Source: Candidatus Bathyarchaeota archaeon (GTDB lineage Archaea; Thermoproteota; Bathyarchaeia; Bathyarchaeales; Bathycorpusculaceae). From it: a stretch of DNA of 64,000 nt. Positions 9,960 through 20,556 of this stretch are shown piece after piece. The notes under the pieces were generated by a model. The model had not been told where the DNA came from and did no database searches. It saw only the letters and a list, made by a program, of their open reading frames with translations. Within the stretch, counting starts at the first letter, position 1. The number at the start of each line of letters is the position of its first letter. The position numbers and the translations under genes were made by a program. The DNA lies in assembly GCA_963811105.1 (NCBI GenBank), contig CAWEPZ010000008.1, positions 7,672-71,671 of the forward strand, in the 5' to 3' direction.

Positions 9960-10378
9960 CTTAATGAAGTTACAAGAGAGTTCAAGTTCACACCTTTCAC
10001 TTTATTTTTCAAGTTCAAAAACTTGGTTTAAGATTGCTTCAGTTATTTCGCCTAAGGTTTAATATATATGATTACCTTAATTAATTTGATAAAACCTGTG
10101 ATAGTTTAGTTGTTACTAAATTTAGTTTTAAACTATTAGTAACTGACGGAGTTAAAGACTTTGCTTTGGTTTAATAATCTTCGCGTGATTTGGGTGATGC
10201 CTTCTCTTTTGTTCCTCAGATTTACTTTTAGTTTTTAGTAAACCGGTCGAAATTGAGTATGCCCAAAAAAAGGGCCATATGCGACTATCTCGCCCGAGGA
10301 ACTATTCCAGAAAGCATTTCCAGAAAAAGTTGATAAGAAATGAAAATCATATATTTACATTAGGAGAAAAATAGTGAA

Positions 10379-11554
10379 TTGATATTTTTCGATTTCATAT
10401 GGCTCATATGGCTCTTCGGTATCCCAATATATTACACATTGGCATATGAGATAATAAGATACAGAAAAGTAATCGTCAAGAAAACATTTGTTCCTATTAA
10501 TCCAAAAAGAATCATATTTCAGATAACTACGATAGGCAATATGGAAATTGTGCAAGAGTCAATTGACAACATTAATCGAATATGTAAAGACGTTGGATAT
10601 AACAATTACAATATAGATGTAGTTTCGGAAGTGAATGAAAGATTTGATGGTGCTATTACGATCACAGTTCCTCAAAATTATTCAACATTCAATCATGCCA
10701 AATACAAAACTAGAGCATTACAATATGCAGTAGAACAAAGAGAGAAAAAAGCAGAAAACACAAATGACATATGGATATACCATCTTGACGATGAATCAAT
10801 GATTACTGAGCAAGGGCTCTTGTCAATTCTTGATCATGCAGATAATAATCGAGAGCCAATTGCAGAAGGATTAATTACATACCCAAATAAAATAAATGTC
10901 GGCAGTAAACTTGTCAAATATTTGGATGCTGTAAGACCAACATTTTGTTATTCTTGCTGTGCAATGTTAAAATCACAAGGAAAACCTGACTGGTTACATG
11001 GCTCAAATCTGCTTTTAAGGGCAGACATAGAAAAAGATATTGGTTGGGATTTCCCCGACACGTGTGCAGAAGACAGCTTGTTTGGATATGTGGCATATAA
11101 GAAATATGGCGGGATCTTTGGCTGGCACGGAGGGGTTCTCGAAGAGCAATCACCTTTTACATTTTCCGACTTCATTAAGCAAAGACAGAGATGGATAAAG
11201 GGGACATTTGAAAATTTGGGTAGAATGAGAATATGGGAAAAAGTAAAAACAACATATAGAATGACAAGTTGGTTTTTTGGTTCGTTGAGTTTTTTCACAT
11301 TGATACCTTCATTACTCATAAAACAATCATATCCTCTGTTCCTCACTCCTTTCTTTGTTTTAGACACAGTCATCCTTTTTGCAGTTTACCAAATAGGATT
11401 AGAAATGAACTTCAGTAAAGTGAGCAAGAAGCAAAAGTTTTATGATCACATCAAAATTTTTGTGATGTCTCCCATACTTTGGTTCCTAGAAGCAATTCCG
11501 ATGTTTTTGTATTTCTTTAAGAGAGCAACAAAGTTTTATGTTGTTAAGAAATAG
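10379..11554 (+). CDS. GT2 glycosyltransferase, egghead-like (beta-1,4-mannosyltransferase-like)
   Basis: N-terminal TM, YHLDDES (DxD), AEDSLF and QRQRW motifs, C-terminal TM helices. Confidence 0.8.
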   Translation: MIFFDFIWLIWLFGIPIYYTLAYEIIRYRKVIVKKTFVPINPKRIIFQITTIGNMEIVQESIDNINRICKDVGYNNYNIDVVSEVNERFDGAITITVPQNYSTFNHAKYKTRALQYAVEQREKKAENTNDIWIYHLDDESMITEQGLLSILDHADNNREPIAEGLITYPNKINVGSKLVKYLDAVRPTFCYSCCAMLKSQGKPDWLHGSNLLLRADIEKDIGWDFPDTCAEDSLFGYVAYKKYGGIFGWHGGVLEEQSPFTFSDFIKQRQRWIKGTFENLGRMRIWEKVKTTYRMTSWFFGSLSFFTLIPSLLIKQSYPLFLTPFFVLDTVILFAVYQIGLEMNFSKVSKKQKFYDHIKIFVMSPILWFLEAIPMFLYFFKRATKFYVVKK

Positions 11555-11738
11555 ACAGGAAACGAAATAATGAGTGTATAAAGATCCTGGTAAATTAAAA
11601 CTATCGACAGGTTTGTTACGCAGTTTTTATCAACTTGGTTCTCCAAGTATTGCAGACTGTAGTTATGTTGTACATATCGTTTGGACATTAGTCAATAGCA
11701 TGCATTTTTAATACGCGATATTCAATAAAGACTTAGTT

Positions 11739-12818
11739 ATGAATAGACAAGCAAGCAAAAAAAAGAACATTTCGTTAGCGTTCGCAATTACACTAATTTC
11801 ATTGATAACAACAACTTCCATTCTGACGAGCTGTTTCTTACAATCAAGTTTCAGGTCAAACATTGGTACAATTATTAATCAAGTGCCAAAACAATCTTCC
11901 ATTTCAATAACCGTGATAGGCATTAATGAAACAAATAGTTTGAATGTGACTAATCTGAGCTATAACTCCTCTTCTGCACAACTCAATACCGATCCTATTT
12001 CGTTAGACATATCAAAATTCTCCACATATACCCACGATGGTTATTCTGTCCAGCCGCCAGATATGACCCAATTCTATTTTTCATTTCCCGATAACACCAA
12101 TCAGGATCAAGCAACCGGAATAGACGCTACCCTTCCAATAAACGCAACAGGCACCAATGAAACAAATAGTTTGGATGAGACTAATTCTTACAATAACAAC
12201 TCTTCCGCGTTATCCACTGCTGAACCCATTTCGTTAGACACATCAAAATTCACCACATATACCTACGATGGTTATTCTGTCCAGCAGCCAGATATGACCC
12301 AATTCTATTTTTCATTTCCCGATAACACCAATCAGAGTCAAATAGCTGGATCAGATGCTGTTACCTTGAATGCTTACGCAATCCAAAAGATAGACTTTGA
12401 CTCAGCGTTCATCGCACCCAAAATTGAAGCTCTTGGATTTGATGAAATGGCAATTTTCGCGACATCAAATACGAAAACGTATAAGGGAACAGAATTTGGC
12501 ATAAGAATGGACTTAAAGAGTGGATTTATCTGCAGCTATGTCCAAGAACCAAATTGCAACTCTGAAGACGTTTATTTTCAGATGCAGGAACTCACGATTA
12601 ACGATGGAATAATGCATCATTATACCTTAATAATGTTAGGGACAAAAGTCTCATTTTGCATTGACGGAACAGACTATGGTTATTTGAATTTTCCCAGCAA
12701 CACAGATTATTCTATTCTTAGCTTTTCAATCTGTGCAATTGTTCACAGATTTACTGATTACTGGGATTCCAGCGACTATAAGATGATAGCAGGAAACTTC
12801 TCGCTTAATCAACAATAA
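11739..12818 (+). CDS. Membrane-anchored/secreted protein with internal duplication and beta-rich C-terminal domain
   Basis: N-terminal hydrophobic helix; two copies of a roughly 60-aa unit; many N-x-S/T sequons. Confidence 0.7.
   Translation: MNRQASKKKNISLAFAITLISLITTTSILTSCFLQSSFRSNIGTIINQVPKQSSISITVIGINETNSLNVTNLSYNSSSAQLNTDPISLDISKFSTYTHDGYSVQPPDMTQFYFSFPDNTNQDQATGIDATLPINATGTNETNSLDETNSYNNNSSALSTAEPISLDTSKFTTYTYDGYSVQQPDMTQFYFSFPDNTNQSQIAGSDAVTLNAYAIQKIDFDSAFIAPKIEALGFDEMAIFATSNTKTYKGTEFGIRMDLKSGFICSYVQEPNCNSEDVYFQMQELTINDGIMHHYTLIMLGTKVSFCIDGTDYGYLNFPSNTDYSILSFSICAIVHRFTDYWDSSDYKMIAGNFSLNQQ
11925..12335 (+). repeat. In-frame direct repeat, about 180 bp x2 (11925-12104 and 12156-12335)
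   Basis: Both copies begin aatgaaacaaatagtttg and end ccagatatgacccaattctatttttcatttcccgataacaccaatcag. Confidence 0.9.
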
Positions 12819-12963
12819 AAAAACCAAGAAGATTAGGAGAAGCAGGTTTCACAAAGCTTTTTGCCTTTAATATAGTCAACTGCGATGGTTTCTTGAAGTA
12901 TCTTAATCTCGCCATTCATATTATTCATAAATTGAAAACGTTTTGAAGCCATCAGAAAATAGT

Positions 12964-14232
12964 CTATGTTACAGACAACTTACTCTGCAGGTTTTTGTTG
13001 CGTCTTAACATTTGAATGACAAGTATCCAAGCGAAAATCTGGAAAGCTACCACGACCAGAAATCGGGCGATGAGCCGCCAAGTTCGAATGTATTGATCAA
13101 GCTGCACCAGCGAAGTTATTACTTGTGGGGAAACCAGGAAAAAAAGCTGAGAAAAATTGGTTGTAATAATCATAAAAATTAGTGGAATAACCCACAGAAA
13201 ATGAAAGTTTCTAAAATTCGTCTTGTTTAAGGGTAATATTATGAGAACTAATGCAATTGCAAGATTTATGTATGGTTCAGATACCCACGAAAACGTTAGG
13301 AAAAAGACTAACATGATACCCGCTGCTTTCTCAGTTAATTCGTTGAACGTTTTAGGCTGATCCCGATAAACCAAGTAATAGCCTATCAATAGAGCTGGCA
13401 CCCAAATGTACCCTAATAACTGGATGGACGTAGGAATTGTAACCTGATCTTTTAAAAGTTCGAGGATCGCGAAGAGTGATATACCTCCGCCCCTAGTGAA
13501 AAACGATGTTACTTGATTATTTGATGCAGGAATTATCCAGCTGAGAATGTAGAAAGGCAAAATCCAAAAGGCCACAATTACTGCAGCTGAAACTAAAATA
13601 TATTTTAGTGCTTTGGATTTATTCCTTTCAGGCGAAAACAGGAGCGGCAGACCAATTAGGGGAAACGAAACAGGTTTTAAAACGACACTTAAGGAAAGCA
13701 GTGCTGCGCTTTTTGTAATCATGCCTTTGCTTAATAGATAAAGGGAGGCAATGCATAAAAGGGATATGAGCATGTCGAATTGTCCCCAAGCGGTTGATGT
13801 TAACAGAACAAAGGGGTTGAAAAGTAGGAAAAGCCACGCGAATCGGATTTTTCTTTCTGAGGCGCCTTGCTTATGAAGTATTTTTCTAGTGAGGTAGGCT
13901 AAGCCTATGTTGCTGGCGATTACAGGGAGTTTAATCGCGAAGTTGTAGAGAAAAATGTTGGGTGTAATATTGTATGTTAATCTGTAAATCAAGCCTAAAA
14001 GCAAAGGCCATAACGGGGGATCCCCAGTAACTGGATTAACGCCAACAATGTAAGGAGAAAAAACAGTGATTAGGTGAGGTTGGTAGGGATTTAATCCTGC
14101 ACTTACCAGATACCCTGATGCCATAAACGATCTTTCGTCATAGTAGTGCCCAAGAAAGACTGCTAAGGGTACCTGAACTAGAATACTTGCAAGAACGATT
14201 AGAGCTTCCCGGTTAAGGTTCAACTTAGCCAT
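12964..14232 (-). CDS. GT-C fold membrane glycosyltransferase (PIG-M/GT87/DUF2029-like)
   Basis: About 11 TM helices, early acidic YYDE loop, PPL motif, FLLFNPF...WGQFD, EPY; pattern typical of polyprenyl-phosphate-sugar transferases. Confidence 0.7.
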   Translation of the reverse strand: MAKLNLNREALIVLASILVQVPLAVFLGHYYDERSFMASGYLVSAGLNPYQPHLITVFSPYIVGVNPVTGDPPLWPLLLGLIYRLTYNITPNIFLYNFAIKLPVIASNIGLAYLTRKILHKQGASERKIRFAWLFLLFNPFVLLTSTAWGQFDMLISLLCIASLYLLSKGMITKSAALLSLSVVLKPVSFPLIGLPLLFSPERNKSKALKYILVSAAVIVAFWILPFYILSWIIPASNNQVTSFFTRGGGISLFAILELLKDQVTIPTSIQLLGYIWVPALLIGYYLVYRDQPKTFNELTEKAAGIMLVFFLTFSWVSEPYINLAIALVLIILPLNKTNFRNFHFLWVIPLIFMIITTNFSQLFFLVSPQVITSLVQLDQYIRTWRLIARFLVVVAFQIFAWILVIQMLRRNKNLQSKLSVT

Positions 14233-14584
14233 AGAGTTTTCCTAAAGCTTGGGCTAAAACGCTGTTCAATTAAGAGTTAATCATGCAAGAATATTTAAAA
14301 TAGAATGCAAATGTATTCTGATTTGCAAGTCAGATTTTCACATAGTTATTTTTACCGTTCCACTTGATTGTTTGTCTATAAGGCTCATCTAGGTGTGCCA
14401 TTAAGATCATCTAGTAGGCCCGGAGGGGATGTGGGAGAGACAGAGAAGGCAGCGTTTCCAAACATCCAAAGATGATCAAATTCAAGCCTGTTTTTAGTAA
14501 ATTTCAAGAATCTGGCTTTTTATGCTTTTTGATTCAGAAATAGTCTTAAAGTTGAACTGCAAGAATAGTTGTTGCGAAGTCTAC

Positions 14585-15765
14585 ATGCCGACTAATTTGC
14601 CGCCTGAAGCAATGGATAAATGGGAGGAGGTTGAAGCTGCCCACACTCCTGAGAGAAGATGCAGAAGATGCAGGAGTTCCTTAGTTGTGTTCCTCAGCAT
14701 AAAGGCACCATGAAGTTGCGCGGAACAATTAAAAAGAAGATGGCGATTATCCGCGCTGATCTTGAGGATAAGAAGCGCAAGGGCACAGGCAAGAGTAGTG
14801 GGGGACCGAAGCTTTTTATTGAAAAAGAAGGTTCGGCTCAAATAGCATTAATCGGAATGACCAATGTGGGTAAAAGTTGCCTGATGACCGGCACAACGAA
14901 TTCAAAAGTGGTCGTTACGCCGACGCCTTTTAGTACTCATGAGCCAGTGCCTGGAATAATGAGTTATCAGGATGTGCAGTTCCAGATAGTTGAAGCGCCA
15001 GCGGTATTGGAAGGCAGCGCAGATGGACGCGCAGGAGGTCACATTACGCTGGGATTAGCTCGGAACGCTGATGGTGTGATTTTGATGGTTGATTTGTCCC
15101 GTGACCCAGTGGGACAATTAAAGCTGGTTTTAGCTGAGCTTGAGAAGAGTCGCGTTCTTGTAAGTAAGCCCAGCGGACGGGTGGACATTGACCGCCGCCA
15201 TGCAGGTGCCGCGTTGCGCGTTATTCTTGTGGGGAAGCTTTTGGATTGTTCAATGCAAGATGTTGAGGATTTGCTGCGGAGCTACAGGATAGCTGGCATT
15301 GTTAGAATCAGCGGTGAAATAAAGCTCGATGATGTAGAGGATGCCATTTTTGAAACCACGACATATAAGCCTGCGGTTGTTGTGGCCAATAAATTGGATT
15401 TGCCTCATGCGGCGATGAATCTACGGCGTTTAAAGCAGTATGTGAATAAAAAGTTGCCTGTTATCGCCATGTCATGTGAACAAAGAACTGGCATACCGGA
15501 GTTGGGGAAGGCACTTTTTGATTCACTTGGGATTATTAGGATTTATACTAAGGAGCCTGGCATGAGAGCTCACAGCGATCATCCCTTTGCGCTTAAGCGT
15601 GGAGTCACAATTAATGATTTAGCTAAGAATATTCATAAGGATTTTATCGCTAATTTCCAGTTTGCAATGGTGTGGGCTAAACGTCTGCCTTTTAGTCCCA
15701 AAAAGGTTGGTTTAGGTTTTGCTTTGGAAGATGGCGATATTGTGGAAATTCATACAAGAATATAA
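14585..15765 (+). CDS. DRG/OBG-type GTPase with TGS domain; -1 indel near 14654
   Basis: MPTNLPPEA N-terminus (ATG 14585) switches frame at cctgagagaagatg into the 14659 ORF; G1 GMTNVGKS, NKLD, C-terminal TGS (LEDGDIVEIH). Confidence 0.85.
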
Positions 15766-15837
15766 TTGCCTGTAAATTATTCCAAAATTGTACAAAGTTA
15801 TGTTAATTTTGTTGGCTTTGCATTTTTTCTAAAAAAA

Positions 15838-16797
15838 TCATGTTGTAGAAGGCTGAACAGGCGCTTCCCTCGGCACTGTTTTGCGGCGTTTTCTTAGTAA
15901 CAGCAAGGTTACGACAATAATTACGACAACTGCTAACGCGATTATTATCCCTATGCCATAAATTAGGTAACCATTGTTTGAAGGTATCATTGGCGATTGT
16001 GTCGGGTTTGTTGTGATAATTGGAGTCGGCGTTGGCGAAGATGACACTGAAGGGGTAGGAATAGGGGTTGAGGTTAGAGGTATAGATTGAATCAGTAGAG
16101 AATAGTTTGTTATTGGATTTGATGTTTGATCATAGTTATCTGTTGGCGTTGCAGTGAATGTTGCTGAGGCGCCTGGTCCGAAAGATTGGGATAAAGAATT
16201 CGTATAATCCACACTTACAACCGTTCCCGAAACATTGTAAAATGTTGCGACTACCCAAACGGCACCAGCTGTCTGTGTTCCAGCGTTTTGAATTGTTCCC
16301 GAAACCGTGAATATTCCGTTGTTTTGGTTGGATGTGCTTGTTACTATTGATAAACCTGAATACTGACTGTCAGTAGTATCAGAAGCGCTAACTGCTGAAA
16401 CTGTCACGTTGCTAACAGAAGGAACCCAGCTTAGATCTCCGGTTGCGCCACTATTGGCCGTTAAATCTATGTAGAAAGGGGCTTTTTGGCCTGGAAGCAT
16501 ATCAGCTACAAACGCTGAATTTCCTGCTGAAGCCAAAAAATTCCCAGTTGAATCGTAAACAGATGCTCCAACATATACGTAACCTAGATTAGTTGAACCT
16601 GTATTTTGTATTTCGCCCACTACCACTAAATCACCAGGGAAGCTGGCTATGACGTTGTTCGAAGGCGCAACATACCAACTATAACTTAGAATCTTAACTT
16701 GTGAAGCATCTGCCTTAACATTTGAAATCGAAAATAAACTTAACATCGTTAGAGTTAAAGCTGCGATAAGAAGCAAGGTTATTGTTTTCTTTTTCAA
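15838..16797 (-). CDS. FxLYD-domain surface protein
   Basis: Signal peptide; two Ig-like domains (VVGEIQNTG..ASVYDSTG; VSGTIQNAG..ATFYNVSG); P/T linker; C-terminal TM. Confidence 0.75.
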   Translation of the reverse strand: MKKKTITLLLIAALTLTMLSLFSISNVKADASQVKILSYSWYVAPSNNVIASFPGDLVVVGEIQNTGSTNLGYVYVGASVYDSTGNFLASAGNSAFVADMLPGQKAPFYIDLTANSGATGDLSWVPSVSNVTVSAVSASDTTDSQYSGLSIVTSTSNQNNGIFTVSGTIQNAGTQTAGAVWVVATFYNVSGTVVSVDYTNSLSQSFGPGASATFTATPTDNYDQTSNPITNYSLLIQSIPLTSTPIPTPSVSSSPTPTPIITTNPTQSPMIPSNNGYLIYGIGIIIALAVVVIIVVTLLLLRKRRKTVPREAPVQPSTT

Positions 16798-17052
16798 TTT
16801 GATCTCACTTTATTTGTTAAATTCACGGAGTGAATGTTGGCTTTTGATGTTAAATGTATTTTATAAAAGTTATTCCAAATTCGCCCAGAATCTACTTAAA
16901 TTAGGAAAAACAGTTCAAGAAAATATTTTCCTGTCTAAACTTAGGCAAAGTCGAGTTTTGGGCTGTCAAAATTAGTCTATAGAATTTGCAGATAACTCAA
17001 TAGTTAAAGACCAGAAATAGAAAAGTTGTTATTTAGAATTAGTGTCTGGATA

Positions 17053-17256
17053 CTATTTCCAGTCTTGTCTTCTTCTAGACCAAGCCTGCTTCTCACCAGT
17101 TGCATTTTGGCCATAAGTTTCTGTTGTTTTTTTAACGAAGTGTTTGGGGAGACATTCACGGCAATAAACTGGTTTACCAGCTGTCGGCTTGAAAGGGACA
17201 GTAGCAGTTTTGCCGCAATCTGTACATTTTATTTCTGTTCTAGTTTGTTGAGACAT
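17053..17256 (-). CDS. CxxC-x17-CxxC domain small protein
   Basis: CTDCGKTATVPFKPTAGKPVYCREC. Confidence 0.85.
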   Translation of the reverse strand: MSQQTRTEIKCTDCGKTATVPFKPTAGKPVYCRECLPKHFVKKTTETYGQNATGEKQAWSRRRQDWK

Positions 17257-17476
17257 TAATTCTTTTTATCCTGTTAATGTGAAGGCTATTAGTAAAATAG
17301 CTTTTTTATTAACTTGGAATAATTGAGTCACCATTGGTTTAAAGGTTTTTATGGAAAAAACAATTTTCATCCTTATCGGTGAAGCTTTTCGTGCTAGGTA
17401 GGGAATAGTGTGCCCTAACTTTATGATAAAATCGGACAGGTCAATTATGAAAAAGAAAGTTTAGAAAGAAATCTTT

Positions 17477-18064
17477 TTATCTACTGGATTGTGCGACGCG
17501 TTCGATTTCGTTACGTTTTGCAATGGCAACACTTTTTATGTCTTTGTTTGCTGCGAGTACAAGCTCGTCCGCTAATGTTTCTTGGATACTGCGCGGGTTG
17601 TTTATGCTTGCGGCCCTTGCGCCTTCTGTAATGTGGCGTACAGCAAGGTCGATTCTGCGTTGTGGCGCTACGTCAACGGATAGGTGGTAGACGACCCCTC
17701 CGTAGCTGACCCGTGTTGTGTCTTCGCACGGCGATGCGTTTTCAACAGCTTTAACAAGGACTTCTATTGGGTTTTTGCCTGTTTTTAAGTTGATTATTTC
17801 GAATGCTTCTTTAACTATGTTGGTTGCTTTGGCTTTTTTGCCGCTGTTTTTGCCTGAGCGCATAAGACCGTTGATCAGTCGTTCGACAACGTTGACTTTG
17901 GCTTTGCGGAAACGTTGGTGCTCGTGGCGTCCCATGCTATGTGGGGCCACCATTGGTGTCAAGTTAAGGTAGCGTTGTAAACCGATGTCTACAACTGATA
18001 TGTCTTTGAAGGTCCATTTTTGGAAAAGTTTGATATCTTGAGGTTGAGCAGTTGTTTGTGACAT
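17477..18064 (-). CDS. rps7: 30S ribosomal protein uS7
   Basis: GRHEHQRFRKAKVNVVERL, VDVAPQRRID and ERVAQSSR of archaeal S7. Confidence 0.97.
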   Translation of the reverse strand: MSQTTAQPQDIKLFQKWTFKDISVVDIGLQRYLNLTPMVAPHSMGRHEHQRFRKAKVNVVERLINGLMRSGKNSGKKAKATNIVKEAFEIINLKTGKNPIEVLVKAVENASPCEDTTRVSYGGVVYHLSVDVAPQRRIDLAVRHITEGARAASINNPRSIQETLADELVLAANKDIKSVAIAKRNEIERVAQSSR

Positions 18065-18069
18065 AACAT

Positions 18070-18510
18070 TTACCTTGCTGGTTTTTGTTTGCGTCCATAA
18101 ACAAGTTCGTTTAAAGATACGCCGTTAATCATAACCACTTTCCATCTTACCCCAGGGATGTCTCCCATGGCTCCGCCTCTTGTCCCGCCGATGCCTTCGA
18201 CAACAACTTCGTCGTGTTCATCAACTACGTTGAGTGCGCCGTCTCCAGGTAGGAAAGCAGTTATTACTCTTCCGTTTTTGATGAGCTGAGTGCGGACACA
18301 TTTGCGGATGGCGCTGTTTGGCTGTTTGGATTCAACGCCTACTTTTTCTAGAACGATTCCCCTGCTTTGGGGTGCACCCTGCATTGGGTCTACTTTTTCG
18401 TCTAGCCTAAGCATACGTCTGTTAAAGTAACGATCATGCCAACGGAAATTCTTCCGTTTCTTTGCCAGTTGCCTTGCGGCAAATTCGCCTCTTGGTGACT
18501 TGGAACCCAT
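18070..18510 (-). CDS. rps12: 30S ribosomal protein uS12
   Basis: [32 protein letters not shown]. Confidence 0.97.
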   Translation of the reverse strand: MGSKSPRGEFAARQLAKKRKNFRWHDRYFNRRMLRLDEKVDPMQGAPQSRGIVLEKVGVESKQPNSAIRKCVRTQLIKNGRVITAFLPGDGALNVVDEHDEVVVEGIGGTRGGAMGDIPGVRWKVVMINGVSLNELVYGRKQKPAR

Positions 18511-18860
18511 ACTTTAGATATTCCTTCTTTTTGCACATGCATAGTCAAAGATCCAATATATAAACAAAACGAAGCAAATTTACTTAAGTTCAGACAAGAT
18601 TTCTCACGTAGACTAAAAATGCATGAGAGCACTACTTCAGTAAATTATTGCGCTATCGTATCTAGTTACATTATTTGGCTACTCAACTATGCTATAATAA
18701 CGTTCGAGCAGGCCTAAGGTCTATTTCCAAAAAACGGACAGATTCTTCTTCCCGATATATTGCTGTTTTAAAATTGCTTTTTTTGCGCAATATAGTATTG
18801 TTTGAAATATCCCTTAAATCTTCTTTCTATCCACTCGACTATCTGAAAAGGAATTAACTA

Positions 18861-19001
18861 ATGAAAGATAAAGAAGTCGAGGACCAGGAGATGCAAGACA
18901 TGCAAAATTTTTCTGAAAGATGCAAAAATGCAATTGAGAAAAGTTATGGCTTCAAAATTCCACTCCCTAAAAGTATCGTAAAAATTGAAAACAAAAAATG
19001 A
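18861..19001 (+). CDS. Small hypothetical protein (46 aa)
   Basis: Manual translation MKDKEVEDQEMQDMQNFSERCKNAIEKSYGFKIPLPKSIVKIENKK; no family recognised. Confidence 0.3.
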   Translation: MKDKEVEDQEMQDMQNFSERCKNAIEKSYGFKIPLPKSIVKIENKK

Positions 19002-19215
19002 CCTATTGGTGAAATTAATGTATAAAAATAAACTGCTTGACGCTTTAAAATCAAAAATTGGAGACGACAAAAAGATAATTCACGCTATAACTAAAATAGA
19101 GAGAGAGAAACGTCTTTCAAGCGAAGAATTTCTCAAAGTTCATGATGTTCTTCGAAAGGAGGGTCCTTTTGTTAAATATCAAAACCCTAATTCATGGAAC
19201 AAAGAAATGCTATGA
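18985..19215 (+). CDS. Small hypothetical protein (likely ATG at 19018)
   Basis: Charged, helical-looking 65-76 aa ORF directly following the previous ORF. Confidence 0.35.
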   Translation: MKTKNDLLVKLMYKNKLLDALKSKIGDDKKIIHAITKIEREKRLSSEEFLKVHDVLRKEGPFVKYQNPNSWNKEML

Positions 19216-19380
19216 AGTAAATATGGGCGTATTTCTTTTTAAGTTTCAGATTTGTTAAATTTATCATGTAAACCTAAAACAGTCAAAACTTCGAAATATT
19301 ATTATAGCGAAAAAACCATAATGACGAAAAACTTTTTAGTTCTTAATGAAACATATAATTGGTATTGTGAGGAGATTTGA

Positions 19381-19485
19381 ATGGAAAAGAAATGCCCAGT
19401 TTGCAAAAAGCCGTATACTACGTTTAATGCTAAGTCGAAGTATTGTAGTGATGCTTGCGCTAAGAAAGCTGGAAAATCAAAGTAA
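19381..19485 (+). CDS. 34-aa zinc-finger mini-protein
   Basis: Manual translation MEKKCPVCKKPYTTFNAKSKYCSDACAKKAGKSK: CxxC-x13-CxxxC. Confidence 0.6.
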   Translation: MEKKCPVCKKPYTTFNAKSKYCSDACAKKAGKSK

Positions 19486-19610
19486 GCCAGCATATAAACG
19501 GGGACAAGGGGTAACTTGATAAAGTTTTTTTCGTTAACTTGACAATTTGAGAACCATTTTTGGCAGTTGTTACGCAAATTAGAAATATTTGATGTGTCAT
19601 AGTATTAATT

Positions 19611-19799
19611 ATGGTAGGCTTAGATTTGGACGAGTATGAGTATGTGAAAGGAGCTGAGCCTGACCGGTGGCACTGGATGAAAGATTGCAAACAGTACCCT
19701 CGTGTGGTTATCCAGAGGCGCTTAAAGAGACCGACTTCTGACCTCTGCGATATGTGTCTCGATATAGAGAAAGAAACCCTGCAAAACATTCCAGCATAG
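19611..19799 (+). CDS. Small putative metal-binding protein
   Basis: WHWMKDCKQYP...RPTSDLCDMC (H, C, CxxC ligand set). Confidence 0.6.
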   Translation: MVGLDLDEYEYVKGAEPDRWHWMKDCKQYPRVVIQRRLKRPTSDLCDMCLDIEKETLQNIPA

Positions 19800-20556
19800 G
19801 ACGGCCAGCCCATAAGTGAATTTGCTGTTTACATTGTAGCTGTTGCTCTATGTCTATCTATTCTATACATAAAGCTTATGTTCTAACTTGCTTGGACAAT
19901 AATTTGGTTATTGATTACCTGGAAATCCCCCTTCTCGTAATATTCCTGAATGTTCCAGGCAATCCCTAATCTTCCTCAGGAATTACATGAGAGCGTCTTT
20001 TCTAGTAAAAGCTTCTTCATGCTAACATTTCTCAATTGGGGATTATTTGTTCAACCATTATGATTGCACTTTTCTTTAGGTTGGACGCTGATTTCATGCA
20101 AACTTAGCTCGCTATAAATTCCCGCGCACACCTGAAAAGATTTCGATTTCATTTAGTTTTTTATAAGCGACAAAATAGTCAGCAGCTTTTATCCTTCCTC
20201 ATTTTCAAAAACTTCCAATGGCTTTGACATTTTTATCTTCACAATGTTTTTTTACTGTATAATACGACAGTATAATAGTTGTTAATACGCTCGCACATCT
20301 CCAAATAGTAAATAACTCCAACAAGAAAGCTTGAAATGAAGAAATACGAAGAAAATCTGTTAGAACCAAAATACTAGCCTTTTAAAATCATCATTAATAT
20401 TCAGATACAATATTTCGACACAGGAGTATCATTATTACCTAGAAAGTATCGCGCCTCTCAAAAACGCTGCCGTCCTAAATATCAGCATGCTTTTATTTGT
20501 GACGAAAGAACTTTAGCCTAGCAAACAAGAAACCACCTGATAAAGGCAAAGCCAAA

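Noticed and set aside
14400-14470. gtaggcccggaggggatg, resembling SRP RNA helix 8 (AGGCCCGGAAGGGAGC)
   Set aside because: The GCAGC partner strand is missing and the surroundings are too AT-rich and short for a 7S RNA fold.
14585-14713. Programmed ribosomal frameshift in the DRG GTPase
   Set aside because: No canonical slippery heptamer at the break. A single missing G in gag-gag is the simpler explanation.
19920-19990. Imperfect inverted repeat attcctga...tcaggaat
   Set aside because: Only 8 bp with a long unpaired spacer; expected by chance in AT-rich DNA.
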